From: the human T2T-CHM13v2.0 reference genome, Homo sapiens
Assembly (NCBI RefSeq): GCF_009914755.1
Contig: NC_060928.1
Strand: one strand, 5' to 3'
Length of the DNA: 64,000 nucleotides
Position numbers and translations under genes: made by a program. Positions 37,700 through 52,683 of the stretch are shown here, one piece after another. Every line of letters starts with the position of its first letter. The first letter of the stretch is position 1. A model generated the notes under the pieces. The model was not told where the DNA came from. It saw only the letters and a program-made list of their open reading frames with translations, and did not search any database.

Positions 37700-38207
37700 T
37701 GTATTAGTCATTTTCAAAGGAGGCACAGTCATACCCGACATCTATTGGCCACTGCACAGACTACTAGGTCGCTCGTGAAGCTGGAAGTACAAGCTACATA
37801 AAACAGTAGATTGGACTACCTTCTTTTCAGTGATATCATATCCTTGAGAATCTAAGTTTTGAAGTCAAGTACCTTGTAAAAATCAACACGGAAGAGGAAA
37901 TTAGGTGCTGTTGTCTAATCTGACTTCAAAGTTTGAGAACTTGAGTAGGTCCAGTAGGTGTTCATCTACCATTAGTAAATAAATGTGGTTAATAAATAAT
38001 AATGTATAAATATTAATTTTTAAATGTATGTGTCATTTTTTTCATATGGTTACTGAGTTATAGGACATGAATACTTATTAAATTGTTTGGCCCTCACTAC
38101 TTAATAAAAGAACTGTTAGGTATTTCTTTTAATAATGTTAGGCAACATTATTTAAAAAAAACTGAGGACACTAAGGTCGCTGTGAACTGAGAAGATTTGA
38201 GACTCTG
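37700..38207 (+). mobile_element. hAT-Charlie non-autonomous element, MER119-like
   Basis: CGACATCTATTGG...ACTACTAG...AAAATCAACACGGAAGAGGAAAT...CATTAGTAA...AATACTTATTAA...GAACTGTTAGGTATTTCTTTT...ACACTAAGGTCGCTGTGAACTGAGAAG. Confidence 0.7.
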
Positions 38208-38779
38208 GTGTTGTTGAGTGGGGACGAGTGGTGATGGTCAGTTTGAATACAGACTACACTTGACTCATCTCAGTGGCAAGTATAATTCTTATCATAGAGA
38301 GGGGATCATTCTACTCTTTTTAATGCCAGTAAATAATGGAGTCTCATGATTAACTTATTCTGGTTCCACTTCCTCATCACCAGGCATCTTTGAGGTTCAA
38401 TGTCAACTTCTCTGAGAGCAAGGTTGCTCTAGTCTGAGAACTTGGGTACTCAGTCTACTTAGCAGCTGTACCATTAATTATAAAGTAATAAACAAGTACC
38501 TTTGTTAGAGTTATATTTCACTTGCAGCTTTTCTAAACAAAGACACTGAATCTCTTGGAGAATATGAAGCCTCATTGTAAATTAATGTAGTGGCATCTTA
38601 TCATATATCAGTCTGCAGTCACTCCTGAGAGACCATGATACTTCTGAGTTTAGAAAGCTTAGATTCTGGTCTAAAGCATTTTAATATAATAATGATGCTA
38701 CTCTGTGATGCTCTTTGGAAAACAAGATGATCTGCTCCAGGTGTTGCTCTCTTTTTTTTTTTTTTTCAATTTTAGTCAA

Positions 38780-39340
38780 ATCTGGAGTGAGACTGCCTGG
38801 GTTCAAATCCTAGTTCCACCATCATCTGGTTTTGTGACCTTGAGCTAATTACTGAACTTCTCTGTATTTCAGTTTTCTCTTCAGTAAAATGATGATGTAT
38901 TGGCGTATTCTCATGCAGCTATAAGGACATACCTGAGACTGAGTAATTTCTAAAGAAAAAGAGGTTTAATGGACTCACAGTTTCATATGGCTGGGGAGGC
39001 CTTACAATCATAGCAGAAGGCGAAGGAGCAAAGGCACGTCTTATGTGGCAGCAGGCAAGGGAGCATGTGCAGAGGTGCAGGGGAACTGCCCTTTATAAAA
39101 CCATCAGATCTCCTGAGACTAACTCACTGTCATGAGAACAGCATGGAAAAACCTGCCCCCATGATTCAGTTACTTCCCAGCCAGTCCCCGGACAACAGGT
39201 GGAAATTATGGGAGTTATAATTCAAGACGAGATTTGGGTGGGGACACAGCCAAACCATATCAGATGATAATAATAATAATTACTTTAGAGGTAGTTGTGA
39301 TGATTAAATGAAGTATGTATCTTAAGATCTTAGAACATGC
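38780..39340 (+). mobile_element. MIR SINE split by a THE1 LTR
   Basis: CTGGAGTGAGACTGCCTGGGTTCAAATCC...TGTGACCTTGAGC...GTAAAATGATGA | GATGATAATAATAA...GTTGTGATGATTAAATGA. Confidence 0.85.
38896..39262 (-). mobile_element. THE1C-like solo LTR
   Basis: TGTATTGG...AAAGGCACGTCTTATGTGGCAGCAGGCAAG...GGGAACTGCCCTTTATAAAACCATCAGATCTC...GGGACACAGCCAAACCATATCA; exact 5-bp TSD GATGA (38891-38895 / 39263-39267). Confidence 0.92.
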
Positions 39341-39579
39341 CTACACATGTTAAGGTCTTAGAACATACCTAGAGTACCATAAATTTGAAATAAACATCAC
39401 TTCTTATTTTCACTCTTCTCCCTCTTAATATTATTATTTCTATTCTTGGTCATGTTCCCCTTATTTCTTTTATTTTTCAAGCTTCTACATTTTCATTGAA
39501 TTTATCTATGTCCACACTTAACATTAGTATGTAAGTTAGATGTTTCATGAAATATCTGACTGGAATCCAAGTCTGTGAG

Positions 39580-40270
39580 TGTGGAAGAGTCAGCAATACC
39601 AAATATTCCCATTGCTCTTCTATATTTGCATGGTCCCCTACATGTGAGAGCTATCTGACTACTTCTGGCCAATTAAATGTCAGTGTAAGCGAAAGTGAAA
39701 GAGTGAGACTGAAATGCCCATATGTGATTCTCCAGTTTTCTAGTTCCCCTGCCTCAGCACACAAGGAGAACTTGCGTTCCAGGAGGTGTAGCCATGAGAT
39801 AGTTGTGCATCTATTAACCTGGATCCTTTTATAATTGACGAAGTGGAGCCACCTGCCAACTTAAGTTGGATATGTACTGTGATCAAGAAATAAAAACTTG
39901 ATGTGTTGAGCCACTGTGATTTCCCAGTTTGTTACCATGCTATATTCTTTTTTTTTTTGGAGATGGAGTCTCACTCTGTCGCCCAGGCTGGAGTGCAGTG
40001 GGGCGATCTCAGCTCACTGCAAGCTCCGCCTCCCGGGTTCACGCCATTCTGCCTCAGCCTCCGAGTAGCTGGGACTACAGGCACCGGCCAAAACGCCCGG
40101 CTAATTTTTTTTGTATTTTTAGTAGAGAAGGAGTTTCACCATGTTAGCCAGGATGGTCTCGATCTCCTGACCTCGTGATCCACCCACCTCGGCCTCTCAA
40201 AATGCTGGGATTACAGGTGTGAGCCACCAACCCCAGCCGTTACCATGCTATATTCTAACATACATTAACA
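39580..40270 (+). mobile_element. MLT1I-like LTR interrupted near its 3' end by AluY
   Basis: TGACTACTTCTGGCCAAT...TTCCCCTGCCTCAGC...GAGCCACCTGCCAAC...AAGAAATAAA...TGTGTTGAGCCACTG...TTTGTTACC. Confidence 0.6.
39949..40238 (-). mobile_element. AluY
   Basis: GCAAGCTCCGCCTCCCGGGTTCACGCCATTCT and TTAGCCAGGATGGTCTCGATCTCCTGACCTCGTGATCC are AluY-type diagnostics; exact 18-bp TSD GTTACCATGCTATATTCT (39931-39948 / 40239-40256). Confidence 0.96.
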
Positions 40271-40374
40271 CTGAATGTAAATGACCTCCAGGCACCTACT
40301 TCGTGATGGTGAGTTAATATTGAGGGAATAAAATCATATTTATAAATGCTTGTTTAGAAAACTTAAAGTACACC

Positions 40375-40802
40375 ATACCCTGGTTGTAACTTGAGGTCTC
40401 TACCACAGTTGAAGATAGACATCATCTGGGGCTCTGGTTACCTGTAAGTTCTCCTGGTTTGGGTATCCAAGATGGCTTATTTGCAGGCCAGTGGCTGATG
40501 CTGGCTTTCACCTGCAAGCTCAGTTGTGGCTTCTGACCAGGACACAAGCCCTGCAGCCTCTCACTGAATGCCTACTGGGTTCTTAGAGGGAAAAATCTCC
40601 CAAGAATGAGCATTTCCAGAGAGCCAGGGATGAAGCTGGACGCCATTTGATGACCTAGCCTTGGAAGTCCCACAATATTACTTCTAATGCACTTTATTAT
40701 TAATATAAATCACTAAAGACAGTCCAGATTAAATTGAAGTTCACTTCTCAGAGGAAAGATTGGAAAAGAATTTGCATATACAGCGATCTGTAATTTATCA
40801 CA
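40375..40802 (-). mobile_element. MLT1 LTR remnant (MLT1F/G/H-like)
   Basis: ATCCAAGATGGCT...TGATGCTGGCT...TCCAGAGAGCCAGG...TGACCTAGCCTTGGAAGTCCCACA...TTATCACA. Confidence 0.6.
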
Positions 40803-40860
40803 ACCTCCCCCTTTAATGGATTCTTTCTCCTCACACACATTCTTCTTCTTGCAAGAAGCA

Positions 40861-41163
40861 GGCTGGATGCTGTGGCTCATGCCTGTAATCCCAGCACTTT
40901 GGGAGGCCAAGGCGGGCAGATCACTTGAGGTCAGGAGTTTGGGACCAGCCTGGCCAACAAAGTGAAACCCTGTCTCTACAAAATATACAAAAATTAGCCG
41001 GGCATGGTGTATTCCTGGGCATGCTGTAATCCCAGCTACTCAGGAGGCTGAGGCAGGAGAATCACTTGAACCCAGGAGGCACAGGTTGCAGCGAACTGAA
41101 ATTGTACCACTGCACTCCAGCCTGGGCGACAGAGCGAGACTCAATCTCCAAAAAAAAAAAAAA
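40861..41163 (+). mobile_element. AluS (Sx/Sz-like)
   Basis: Full dimer with A tail; approximate TSD TTGCA(A)AGAAGCA. Confidence 0.95.
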
Positions 41164-42323
41164 TTATTGCAAAGAAGCAACTATGCCTTAATATAATTCG
41201 ATATCCATCCTAGTTCTATTTCTGAGATTTAGCCCCTTGTATATACTCAGTAACAACTACTAGAAAAATATGCAAATGACATATATATATATCTTAAAAT
41301 TTTTCCCAGTATCTTCCACAGTTCCTAAATTTTAGATGTTCAATCAATCTCTTTTGAATAAATGAAGGAGGTGTATCCTGCATTAAAAGTGAATCTTCAA
41401 AGCTTACCAAATTAACATGTAAAATGTAAATGTATATTTTCTTCACGTGGGCAAAAGCTTGCAATTGAAACATGGTGAACAAAAACAGGTAGAAGCACAA
41501 GGGGTAATACGTCATTTGTATTTATTCATATAAATATAAGAATAATAAATATATTTTTTCCAAAATATATATTGACCTGGAGTCCATTGTGTTTCTGACA
41601 AAGGATGACAAGCACCAATATCTCAATACTGAGGAAAACTGCCCTAAAGAAAAGACTGTCCACCAATAATTTTTTTCCAATACAACCAGAAGTAAACAAA
41701 TCACAAAAGGGGTCTCAAGAATTCTTGAGAAAAATATTATGATTAATGTTGTTGAGAATTGGGACTTTTTTTCCAAGTTTATTTGGTTTGTCAGTATATT
41801 GGCTTATTCTTCTGCATTTGCATCAGCTTAAAATTCAAGGGATGTGAAATAGAATTGCCATACCATGTCTACATATTGATGCAAATCAACGAAGTCTGAG
41901 GTTTGTCATTTGTAACAAGACTAAAAGAGAATTGAACTTGCGTTTCTCAGCTGACCAACGAAATGTCTCCATTTATAAGCAGAAAGAATTTAAGCCTTCT
42001 AAAGTTTTGAGTCATTTTAGAAATTCCTTCCCTCTGTATTAATTACATATTTAATTTGATGCTATGTTCTAAATGTGGTCTCATGCAAGATCCTGAAGAC
42101 CTTAATATCCAAAGTACTATTCTAGAGTGCTATCCAGAAAAGGAAATTCTGTTAGATATGAGCATATATATAGCAAAACAGAAAAAAAGTTTTGAATTTA
42201 AAATAGTGGAAAAAGCAAAAATACCGTTTATAAGACTAGAAGTTTAACGTGTGTCTTTTCAACACGTACTTCAACATTTTTTCATTGTTATTCATGAATT
42301 TTATTATAAAATTCCTTGGCTTG

Positions 42324-42635
<312 letters not shown>

Positions 42636-43159
42636 CTCCCTTGGCTTGACATGTACTAGTTTTACACATTTTTTCCCTGGGCTTGTGTGAAAAATCAAGT
42701 ATTTCTCTCCAGTGTTTTACTGGTTGTTATTTATTGTTATAGGTTTTATTTTCCTTCTTGGTTATTTGCTTGTATAATTCTATTAAAATTAATTATAGAT
42801 TGAAATTTCCCCAATTTAAAAGAAAATGAATTGCTTATTATGAAATATTGAAAATATTTAAATTTATCAGAATTAAAGGGAGCTCAACATATCCTTGTGT
42901 ACTATTCAGTGAAGTACTTTCAAAAGTCAAGTACAACCTGAATTTGAAGTCCCTGTCTTGAGAGAGAGAGAGGGAGGAAAGGGAGATATATATATATATA
43001 TAAAATAAACAAGACTTTTATGAAAGCAGTTTAAACAATGATTTAAGATATTTTCATCGGAAACTATCAATTTCTAAAATCATATCTAAGAATAAAATAC
43101 GAAACTACCTCTGAAACTGTTAACTATAAGTCATATTAAATGTGTATTAAATATCTGAC

Positions 43160-43976
<817 letters not shown>

Positions 43977-45521
43977 CATTGACTTTCTTCACAGAATTAT
44001 AAAAAACTACTTTAAATTTCACATGGAATCAAAAAGAGGCCGTATAAACAAGACAATCTTAAGCAAAAAGAAGAAAGCTGGAGACATCATGCTACCTGGC
44101 TTCCAACTATACTACAAAGCTACAGTAACCAAAAGAGCATGGTACTGGTACCAAAACAGGTCTATAGACCAATGGAACAGGACAGAGGCCTCAGAAATAA
44201 TGCCACACATCTACAACCATCTGATCTTTGACAAACCTGACAAAAACAAGCAATGTGGAAACGATTCCCTATTTAATAAATGGTGTTGGGAAAACTGGCT
44301 AGTCATATGCAGAAAACTGAAATTGGACCACTTCCTTACACCTTATACAAAAATTAACTCAAGATGGATTAAAGACTTAAATGTAATACCTAAAACCATA
44401 AAGACCCTAGAAGAAAACCTGGGCAATACCATTCAGGACATAGTCATAGGCAAAGACTTCATGACTAAAACACTAAAAGCAATCGCAACAAAAGCCAAAA
44501 TTGACAAGTGGGATCTAATTAAACTAAAGAGCTTCTGCACAGCAAAAGAAACTATCATCAGAGTGAACAGGCAACCTATAGAATGGGAGAAAAATTTTGC
44601 AATCTATCCATCTGACAAAGGGCTAATATCCAGAATCTATCTACAAGGAACTTAAACAAATTTACAAGAGAAAACAACCCCATCAAAAAGTGGGTGAAGG
44701 ATATGAACAGACACTTCTCAAAAGAAGACATTTATGCAGCCAAAAAACATATGAAAAAAAGCTCATCATCACTGGTCATTAGAGAAATGCAAATCAAAAC
44801 CACAATGAGATACGATCTCATGCCAGCTAGAATGGTGATCATTAAAAAGTCAGGAAACAACAGATGCTGGAAAGGATGTGGAGAAATAGGAACACTTTTA
44901 CACGTTGGTGGGAGTGTAAATTAGTTCAACCATTGTGGAAGACAGTGTGGCAATTCCTCAAGGATCTAGAACCAGAAATACCATTTGACCCAGCAATCCC
45001 ATTACTGGGTATATACCCAAAGGATTAAAAATCATTCTACTGTAAAAACACATGCACAAGTATATTTATTGCAGCACTATTCACAGTAGCAAAGACTTGG
45101 AACCAACCCAAATGTCCATCAATGATAGACTGGATTAAGAAAATGTGGCACATATATATCATGGAATACTATGCAGCCATAATAAAGGATGAGTTTGTGT
45201 CCTTTGCAGGGACATGGATGAAGCTGGAAACCATCATTCACAGCAAACTAACACAGGAACAGAAAACCAAACACTGCATGTTCTTACTCATAAGTAGGAG
45301 TTGAGCAATGAGAACACATGGACACAGGGAGGGGAACATCACACACAGGGCCTGTTAGGGGGTGGGGGGCTAGGGGCGTGATAGCATTAGGAGAAATATC
45401 TAATGTAGGTGACGGGTTGTTGGGTGCAACAAACCACCATGGCACATGTATACCTGTGTAACAAACCGGCATATGCTACACATGTATCCCAGAACTTAAA
45501 GTATAATAATAATAATAATAA
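43977..45521 (+). mobile_element. L1PA7-like 3' segment: ORF2 C-terminal region, 3' UTR and (AAT)n tail
   Basis: ORF 43954..44655 ([23 protein letters not shown]...[10 protein letters not shown]...[18 protein letters not shown]) and ORF 44694..44924 (CCHC-region start) are broken by frameshifts. The 3' UTR ends ...CATGTATCCCAGAACTTAAAGTATAATAATAAT. Confidence 0.95.
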
Positions 45522-46632
45522 TCTAATTATAAAGCTGTTAACTACCCTCAAGTGTTTTTTATTTTAGAAAAGAGTAAATCACATTTGCCAACTAATAAAT
45601 ACATAAAGAAAATAATAAGACTAACTGTTTTCACTATAACTAGAAGGGTTCTGAAAAGGAGGCACAAAGATGGGGCAATCTATAGGATTGCAGAAGGCAT
45701 TTGGATGCTGTGTGGCATAAGGGCATATGGACATTGAAGATTTACAGTGGTGAGAGGGAAATATGTAGGAACAATTCTTTGGTATTTTCAGGAAGGCCTG
45801 TAGGCAAAGTCTTCTGGTGTCTACTTCATTTATATTTTTAAAGTGCTTATTGCAGATGACATTCTTCTATATGTCTGATACAAATTTTATAAAATGATAA
45901 ATGCAGTGATTTAGGAAAGACTGCCACAATGTGTCTTAGATTTCAAAATTCTAAAAGGAAAGTAAGATAAATTTGACACAAACTAATTCAGAAAGTTATG
46001 TAATATATAAAATATTAAAGAGATAACATGTCCATTTTTACATATCATCTAGAGGTTTTATACAATTAATATTATACAATATTAGCTCTTAAAAGCAAGA
46101 TCTAGGAATTGGCCAATGATAGTGATATTGTCTAAAAGTTTCTGTCTTTTTTATTTTTAGAAAAACATCTAGATTCTCAACACAGTTACCTAAACTTGAA
46201 TAAGAAATAGAACGAAACAATTCCACCTAGCCATAAACATCTACAAAAGCTAGGAAGTTTTAATAATTACAGAGTTCTTCTCCCTCTAAGTTACCTTGTT
46301 AACACCTCTTCTTCCCATCCATGGTGCCTTCTTTAGACACTAAATCTCATAACATCATACTATAATATCAGTATTGTTGCTGAAGAACAACTTGACTAAC
46401 TCATAAGAGAACTTTAAAGTGGTGGACTACCATCACTAATCTGTAGAGGTTTGTTGTGTAAGAGACACAAGCCACACTTTGTAACAACCAGCATCTGCTG
46501 ATGGTCTTCCTTTATTTAGGGATGTGGTCCCACGCTACAACTGCATTGTGTTCAGGCATGGTTTCCTGTGTCTTCAGTTGTTCCAACCAAGAATACTCTA
46601 TCTCTTTGTCTCTTTGTTTTGCTCTTTTTCTG

Positions 46633-46651
46633 TCTCTCTCTCTCTCTCTCT

Positions 46652-46696
<45 letters not shown>
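46633..46696. repeat. Compound (CT)n(CA)n microsatellite
   Basis: Direct reading. Confidence 0.95.
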
Positions 46697-46699
<3 letters not shown>

Positions 46700-46754
46700 A
46701 TTATGACAGGAAAACACTATCGGATGTTAATTTATTAAAATATACAATTTTTAG

Positions 46755-47033
46755 GGCCAGTGCGGTGGCTCACGCCTGTAATCCCAGCATTTTGGGAGGC
46801 CGAGGTGGGTGGATCATGAGGTCGGGAGATCGAGACCATCTTGGCTAACACGGTGAAACCCCGTCTCTACTGAAAATACAAGAAATTAGCCAGGCGTGGT
46901 GGCGGGCGCCTATAATCCCAGCTACTCAGGAGGCTGAGTCAGGAGAATGGCGTGAACCCGGGAGTCGGAGCTTGCAGTGAGCCGAGATAGCGCCACTGCA
47001 GTCCGGCCTGGGCGAAAGAGCAAGACTCCTTCT

Positions 47034-47096
<63 letters not shown>
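46755..47096 (+). mobile_element. AluY (Yk-like diagnostics) with long A tail running into (AT)n
   Basis: GAGATCGAGACCATC..GGCTAACACGG and GAATGGCGTGAACCCGGG; GAGATAGCGCCACTGCAGTCCGGCCTGGGCGAAAGAG resembles the AluYk subfamilies; A~33 followed by (TA)~15. Confidence 0.93.
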
Positions 47097-47098
<2 letters not shown>

Positions 47099-47359
47099 CA
47101 TCATTTATCAGACCTCATTTTTTTTTTTCACGCAGTAGTCATGGTGCTTGATAGTGGAAATAAAAGCAGTGATTTAAACGATAAGGAGGGTATGCAAAAT
47201 TTTCTCTCATAATGCTTCATAGACTTATCAAATATTAGACCAGATTAAATTAAATACCCAATTTGATTCGTTTAACACACACATGCTCATTACAGATTAA
47301 TTCCTGACATTTGGGAGAGCAACAGCTGCTTTGAAAATTATATGCATTCTACAACAGGG

Positions 47360-47560
47360 CAGTGTGTTCTACAATGTGCAGTGTAGCACATTCTACAATG
47401 TGCAGTGTGTTCCAGAGTGCTCTGCAGGCCATTTAAAATGGAAGCACCTAGGATACACGCTGTCAACCTACTAAATCAGAATCTCTAGGGAGTTGAGCAC
47501 AGGGATTTTCATGTTTTATATTCACTTTCTGTTGATTCTAAGACACGATAGCAAAAATTT
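47360..47560. mobile_element. MER5-like hAT-Charlie remnant with an internal 18-bp duplication
   Basis: ACCTACTAAATCAGAATCTCTAGGG core; TTCTACAATGTGCAGTGT occurs twice (47367, 47391). Confidence 0.55.
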
Positions 47561-47683
47561 AGGGCAAATTCTTTCTCAAGGAAAACTTATCTCCCAAAAT
47601 GAAAATAGAGGAATTAATAATCTCTTCAAGTGCTTTGTATCATGTTTCACATATTCAAAATTTCAGATTTTAATTATATATAA

Positions 47684-48116
<433 letters not shown>

Positions 48117-51000
48117 TGAGCTTAAGGTGTCAGCATTCTCCTCAACCAAAAGCAAAGAAAATTGCATCAAGTGCTTTCAAATAAAGGAAGCCCTAGGGTT
48201 TGGATTAAATTTCAATACCGCTAAAATTCTGGTTGTGTACACCATTGAATTCCAAGCTATTAATATTTAGAGTTCTTAAGCTTTCCTTTTCTGCAACATC
48301 CCTACTATAGCAAGCTTCCACAGTGAGGTACAGAATTGGGGCAAATATTAATAAGACCAATTTGGGCCATAACCCCAAAATGTCTCAATGTTTTATTTAA
48401 TTTGACTATGACAACTAACCCAACTATAAAATTTCGAGAAGATATGAATAGCTACCCAGAACCACATTTTGGAGTATCTCAGCTCAACTACAGGCCTAAA
48501 GACTCAAGAGTGTACTTTATTATACTTGTTTTGGTAGCTCATGCATGAAGTTCAGTCAATACTTTCTAACAGGTCTACCTTTCGCTGTACTGTCTGCCCC
48601 AGCTGGTAAGCCTAGTTTCTTGGTATTGAGTCCTATTTATCTTACTACTTGGAACCTTGGAAAATAGCTATGTCTTTAGCTCCTTACCTTACTGCAGTGT
48701 ATAATCAGAATCATACTAGAATTATAGCCCAAGCATGTAGACTAATAAAGATTTATAAGTATACATTTTTCAACATTTTCCCTTTGGCTAGTCCCAGTTA
48801 AAATGACTGTGTACTTTGTATGCATAATCAAAACAGCTATGAATTAGAAGTCTCTAAGATTCAATTGGATGGCATTGGGTTTAAAGTGTTACAGCTTAGA
48901 GAAAATCCTCTGTTATGCCTTGGTAATATATTCACTGGGATCATGTCCAAATCTATACTCAAAAAGGGAATTGTAGAACCAAATCTTAACCTATTTGTTT
49001 ATTCAAGAGATTGAGAGGTGACATCCTTTAGAATAGTCATGCAATGAACTAACATCATTGAACACATCCATTCTTTTGCTTACTTTTTCAAACTACATCC
49101 AGTCTTTGATGTTGATCATTTTTTTTGGCTCATTAATTCAATTTTCCTTTGTTCAGTAAAATCCCCAAATGCTGATGTTGAATTGCCAGGAATAAGAACA
49201 CTGATGATAGAAATGGCACCAGAGAAGTCATTGCTATTCTTGGCCACAGACATTTCCAGTCTGAACAATAGCTGTTTTCTTCATAGCTTTCACCAATGTC
49301 ATATTTTAAGCAGGGATTTTGTGAGCTCAACAAATGAATGGAAAAAGGCTGCAAAATATGTTGCAGGAATCTCTTGCAGGTAAGCAGGAAATTTGGAATA
49401 GATTATCAGGACAGAAAGTTTTATACAGAGATGGCTAGGACAAAAGACAAAATAAAACTGCTGAAGTAGGCTTTAAAATGCAGTGTGATTCAATCAGCAG
49501 CACAGGCACTATTGTCCCAGCTGACTTGGTATCCATTTTGATATGGGGAATAAAAGGAGTAAGATCAGAAGATTATGCTATTTGAAGACTAAAAAAAAAT
49601 TAACAATGCAAGTTTTATAAGAATAGAAATAAGATATTTTGTTTTATAACTCAATGTGATAAAATTCTTACCCTTTTTAATGATGATGATTTAAACCAAA
49701 ATTTTCACAGACTGCAAATATCCAAAGACTCATTCTAGAGTTTGATGGATATGAATGACAGAGAACTGGGGAGAAAAGCAGCAATATGCTTGCACTGTAG
49801 CTATCTACCTTACTGTCTTTTCCATCAAAGATTGAGTAGGAGGTGACACACCTAGAAAACCAAATCCAATTTGAAAAAAAAAAAAAAACTTTACAGTAAT
49901 AAGGAGTTTTACTGAAAAATACCTATTACCTAGGGAAACTTCCTAAACTTATTGAAATCTTTTGATCTCTGCAGAGTCCTCAAAAGTGATGGCTACTCCT
50001 CCAATACTCCCTTCCAATCTCCAAATTCTAAACTTTCCTTGTGCTGTTTTATGTTGGTATTTTTCTTCTTAATCCAGAGCAATTTCTTTATTGTTTGAAT
50101 CAAGATAATTCTTCCTAGACTTTTTCCTTTCAATTTCCATTATTGCTTCTAACTATCAAAGGTACAAATAAAAATCCTCAATATTGGATTATAACAGTAG
50201 TAGTGGTTGGAGTTAGGGGAACAGAAAAACATGTTATGCACTTATATTCTTTTTTGCTTCAATATGTAGTAAAAACTTCCTAACCTAAAATTTCTAACTC
50301 TCAATGCTCCTCAAAAGTGACCAAATTATTATAATAAGTGTCTTGTTTTCCTGTCTGATTAAAATGAAAAATAATTCAGGTTTTTCATATTTAATATAAT
50401 ACAACACATTTCTTTATACATGGTAAATGCTGAATAAATGTGCACTGAAATTGATTTCACTATGACACAGAAACCCTACAACTGGGCATAAAATTTGTGT
50501 TGAAGTTAAAATGTATCCGAATGAAGTTTCTATGGTATATCAACCAGTTATACACATTATAAGCTGTAAAATATGATACAAACCTCATGTATTATTATGA
50601 TTTCATGCCTTCTTTCAATGTAACATGTAAACCAAATCTTCTACTTTAGGAATAATTATTACTAATAATAGATATGATGATACAGAAAACAGTTGGAGAC
50701 ACTTTTCTAGAAAATAATGCTGAGGCCAAAATAAATATAGGATGCAAATAAAGTATACGATAAACAAATATAACATAAAAGCACATTGTTTCCTGCTGGA
50801 ATAAATAAAATATTAAGGGAACTGGGTCATGTTCACAAAGCCAACCTAATACATGTATTGATCAATGAAGCCACTAACCTATGGGACTCATAAGAGGACT
50901 TATCCATGAAGAAAATAAAAAGTCCTGGAGGCACATAGGTCCTACAGCTATTGCAGTACAAATCTATCCTCAACCCACTATCTCTTGTTGTTGTCACAGG

Positions 51001-51414
51001 CAGTGGTGTGCTGGAACCTACTGATACCTTCTCACAAGATTTGACTGTTACATCTTGTTAGATATTCTGTGAACCGGTTGTTAAAAAGAATTATTAGCAA
51101 AAATTAATTAATATAACTTACAATTAAATGCATTATATTAAAATAACTGGTAATAAATAATTAAAACTCATCACTTTTAATTATTTTACTGCACTTTACT
51201 ATTATCTATTCTTCTGAGGTGATTTATGCCTATTGTATCTGTATGGTAGAAATACTGTAGAATTCAGTGATACCATACATCTCTTCCAGTTCCATATTCA
51301 GCAATGTCTTGTTAGACATAGTGGGAGTATTTTACGACAACTGGAAAATTCTATAAATCATGGATTTTGTCTCCCCAAAGAGCTGGTTGTTAAGCATGTA
51401 CTAGCACACCACTA
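51001..51414. mobile_element. hAT-Blackjack MITE, MER63B-like
   Basis: Terminal inverted repeats CAGTGGTGTGCTGG ... CTAGCACACCACTA, with internal GAACCGGTTGTTAA / GAGCTGGTTGTTAA repeats. Confidence 0.8.
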
Positions 51415-51993
51415 ACTATAAGTCATATTTCTATCAAATATTCCATAGAACATGGGGACAGTCATCAGTGCAGACTAAATCACGCCTCCCCTGATACCAG
51501 AAATTGTTATTGCTTAAGCTCACAGTTAGGAAAATGTTATCATTTAATAGGCTAGCCAACAACATTGAGGAAATGGCAATTTCAAAATTCCTCTTCATGA
51601 TCCTTGAGAGCTTTTGCTCCTTGCCACAGCACTGCAGTAACCTCAAATTCTGGTCCACAGATATTTCACATTTGGGTTTTTGGTGTATACAGATCTTATC
51701 ATTGAGTGTTTTAGCTTGCACAGGCAGAATATGTGGACTTCCTAAACTAATTGCACAGTTCAAGTCTTAAGCAAGGAGGTGAGCATCTCAACAGTTTGGT
51801 AATGATCTTAATGTTTCTCAAGTTGATTTAACTGTCAAAAAATTACAACTGACTTTTAATTTTATCACGAATGTATCTTGTGACATTTTTCATAAGTCCA
51901 CACTAATTGTATATCTTTCCTTTCCCCCTTAACTTTTTGTTTCTTCAAAGGAAAGTGAGAAATGCCTGGCAAGCTTTCTTAAAAAAAATCAAA

Positions 51994-52293
51994 GGACGGG
52001 CAGTGGCTCTTGCCTGTAATCCCAGCACTTTGGGAAGTAGAGGCAGGTGGATAATTTGAGCCCAGGAGTTCAAGATAAGCCCAGGCAACATGGCGAAACC
52101 CATCTCTACAAAGAATACAACAAATTAGCCAGGCGTGGTGGCATGCGCCTGTAGTCCCAGATACTAGAGAGGCTGAGGTAGGAGGACTGCCTTAGTTTCA
52201 GGAGGTGGAAGCTGCAGTGAGCTGGGACTGTGCCACACTGCACTCCAGCCTGGGCAACAGAGAAAACCTGTCTCAAAAAATGAAAAAAAAAAA
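51994..52293 (+). mobile_element. AluJ (Jb/Jr-like)
   Basis: TTGAGCCCAGGAGTTCAAG, GGGAGGA-type right arm and GCTGCAGTGAGC; A tail; flanks AAAAAAA(A/T)TCAA. Confidence 0.92.
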
Positions 52294-52458
52294 TTCAAGT
52301 CCCACTTAGAGAAAGTCGTCCCCTAAAACTGTCCCATTTATGACACTTTCTGACAGTTAAAAAGTGAAATTATATTATTTTGCGAGCCATTTAGGGAGCT
52401 GTCAAATAAATGAACTGATTCAAATTCAGGTACACCTTATCATGATACTTACTTAGAC

Positions 52459-52683
52459 CAGTGTTTATCAGTCGTTTTTTACATGATCAGCCCTCTAAAG
52501 AGAAAAAAATAAATGGAAAGTCTTTTTAATGAGATAAACTAAATACTAAGGAATAAGATTTTCCCAGGTAAGTTTGAGATTTGGAAGGGTACAAACCATT
52601 GTAACATCTAAATATTTTTGCCCCCTCAATAAGAACCAACTTTTATTTTGTTGGTGATACTATCCGCCTTTTGAGAATGCATG
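52459..52683. mobile_element. hAT-Charlie MITE, MER106-like
   Basis: CAGTGTTTATCA...AAATACTAAGGAATAAGATTTT...ACAAACCATTGTAA...TTGAGAATGCATG. Confidence 0.65.

Noticed and set aside
46501-46848. 115-aa ORF with SLSL/HTHT runs (also 17608-17898, 19363-19626)
   Set aside because: The frames are held open by microsatellites.
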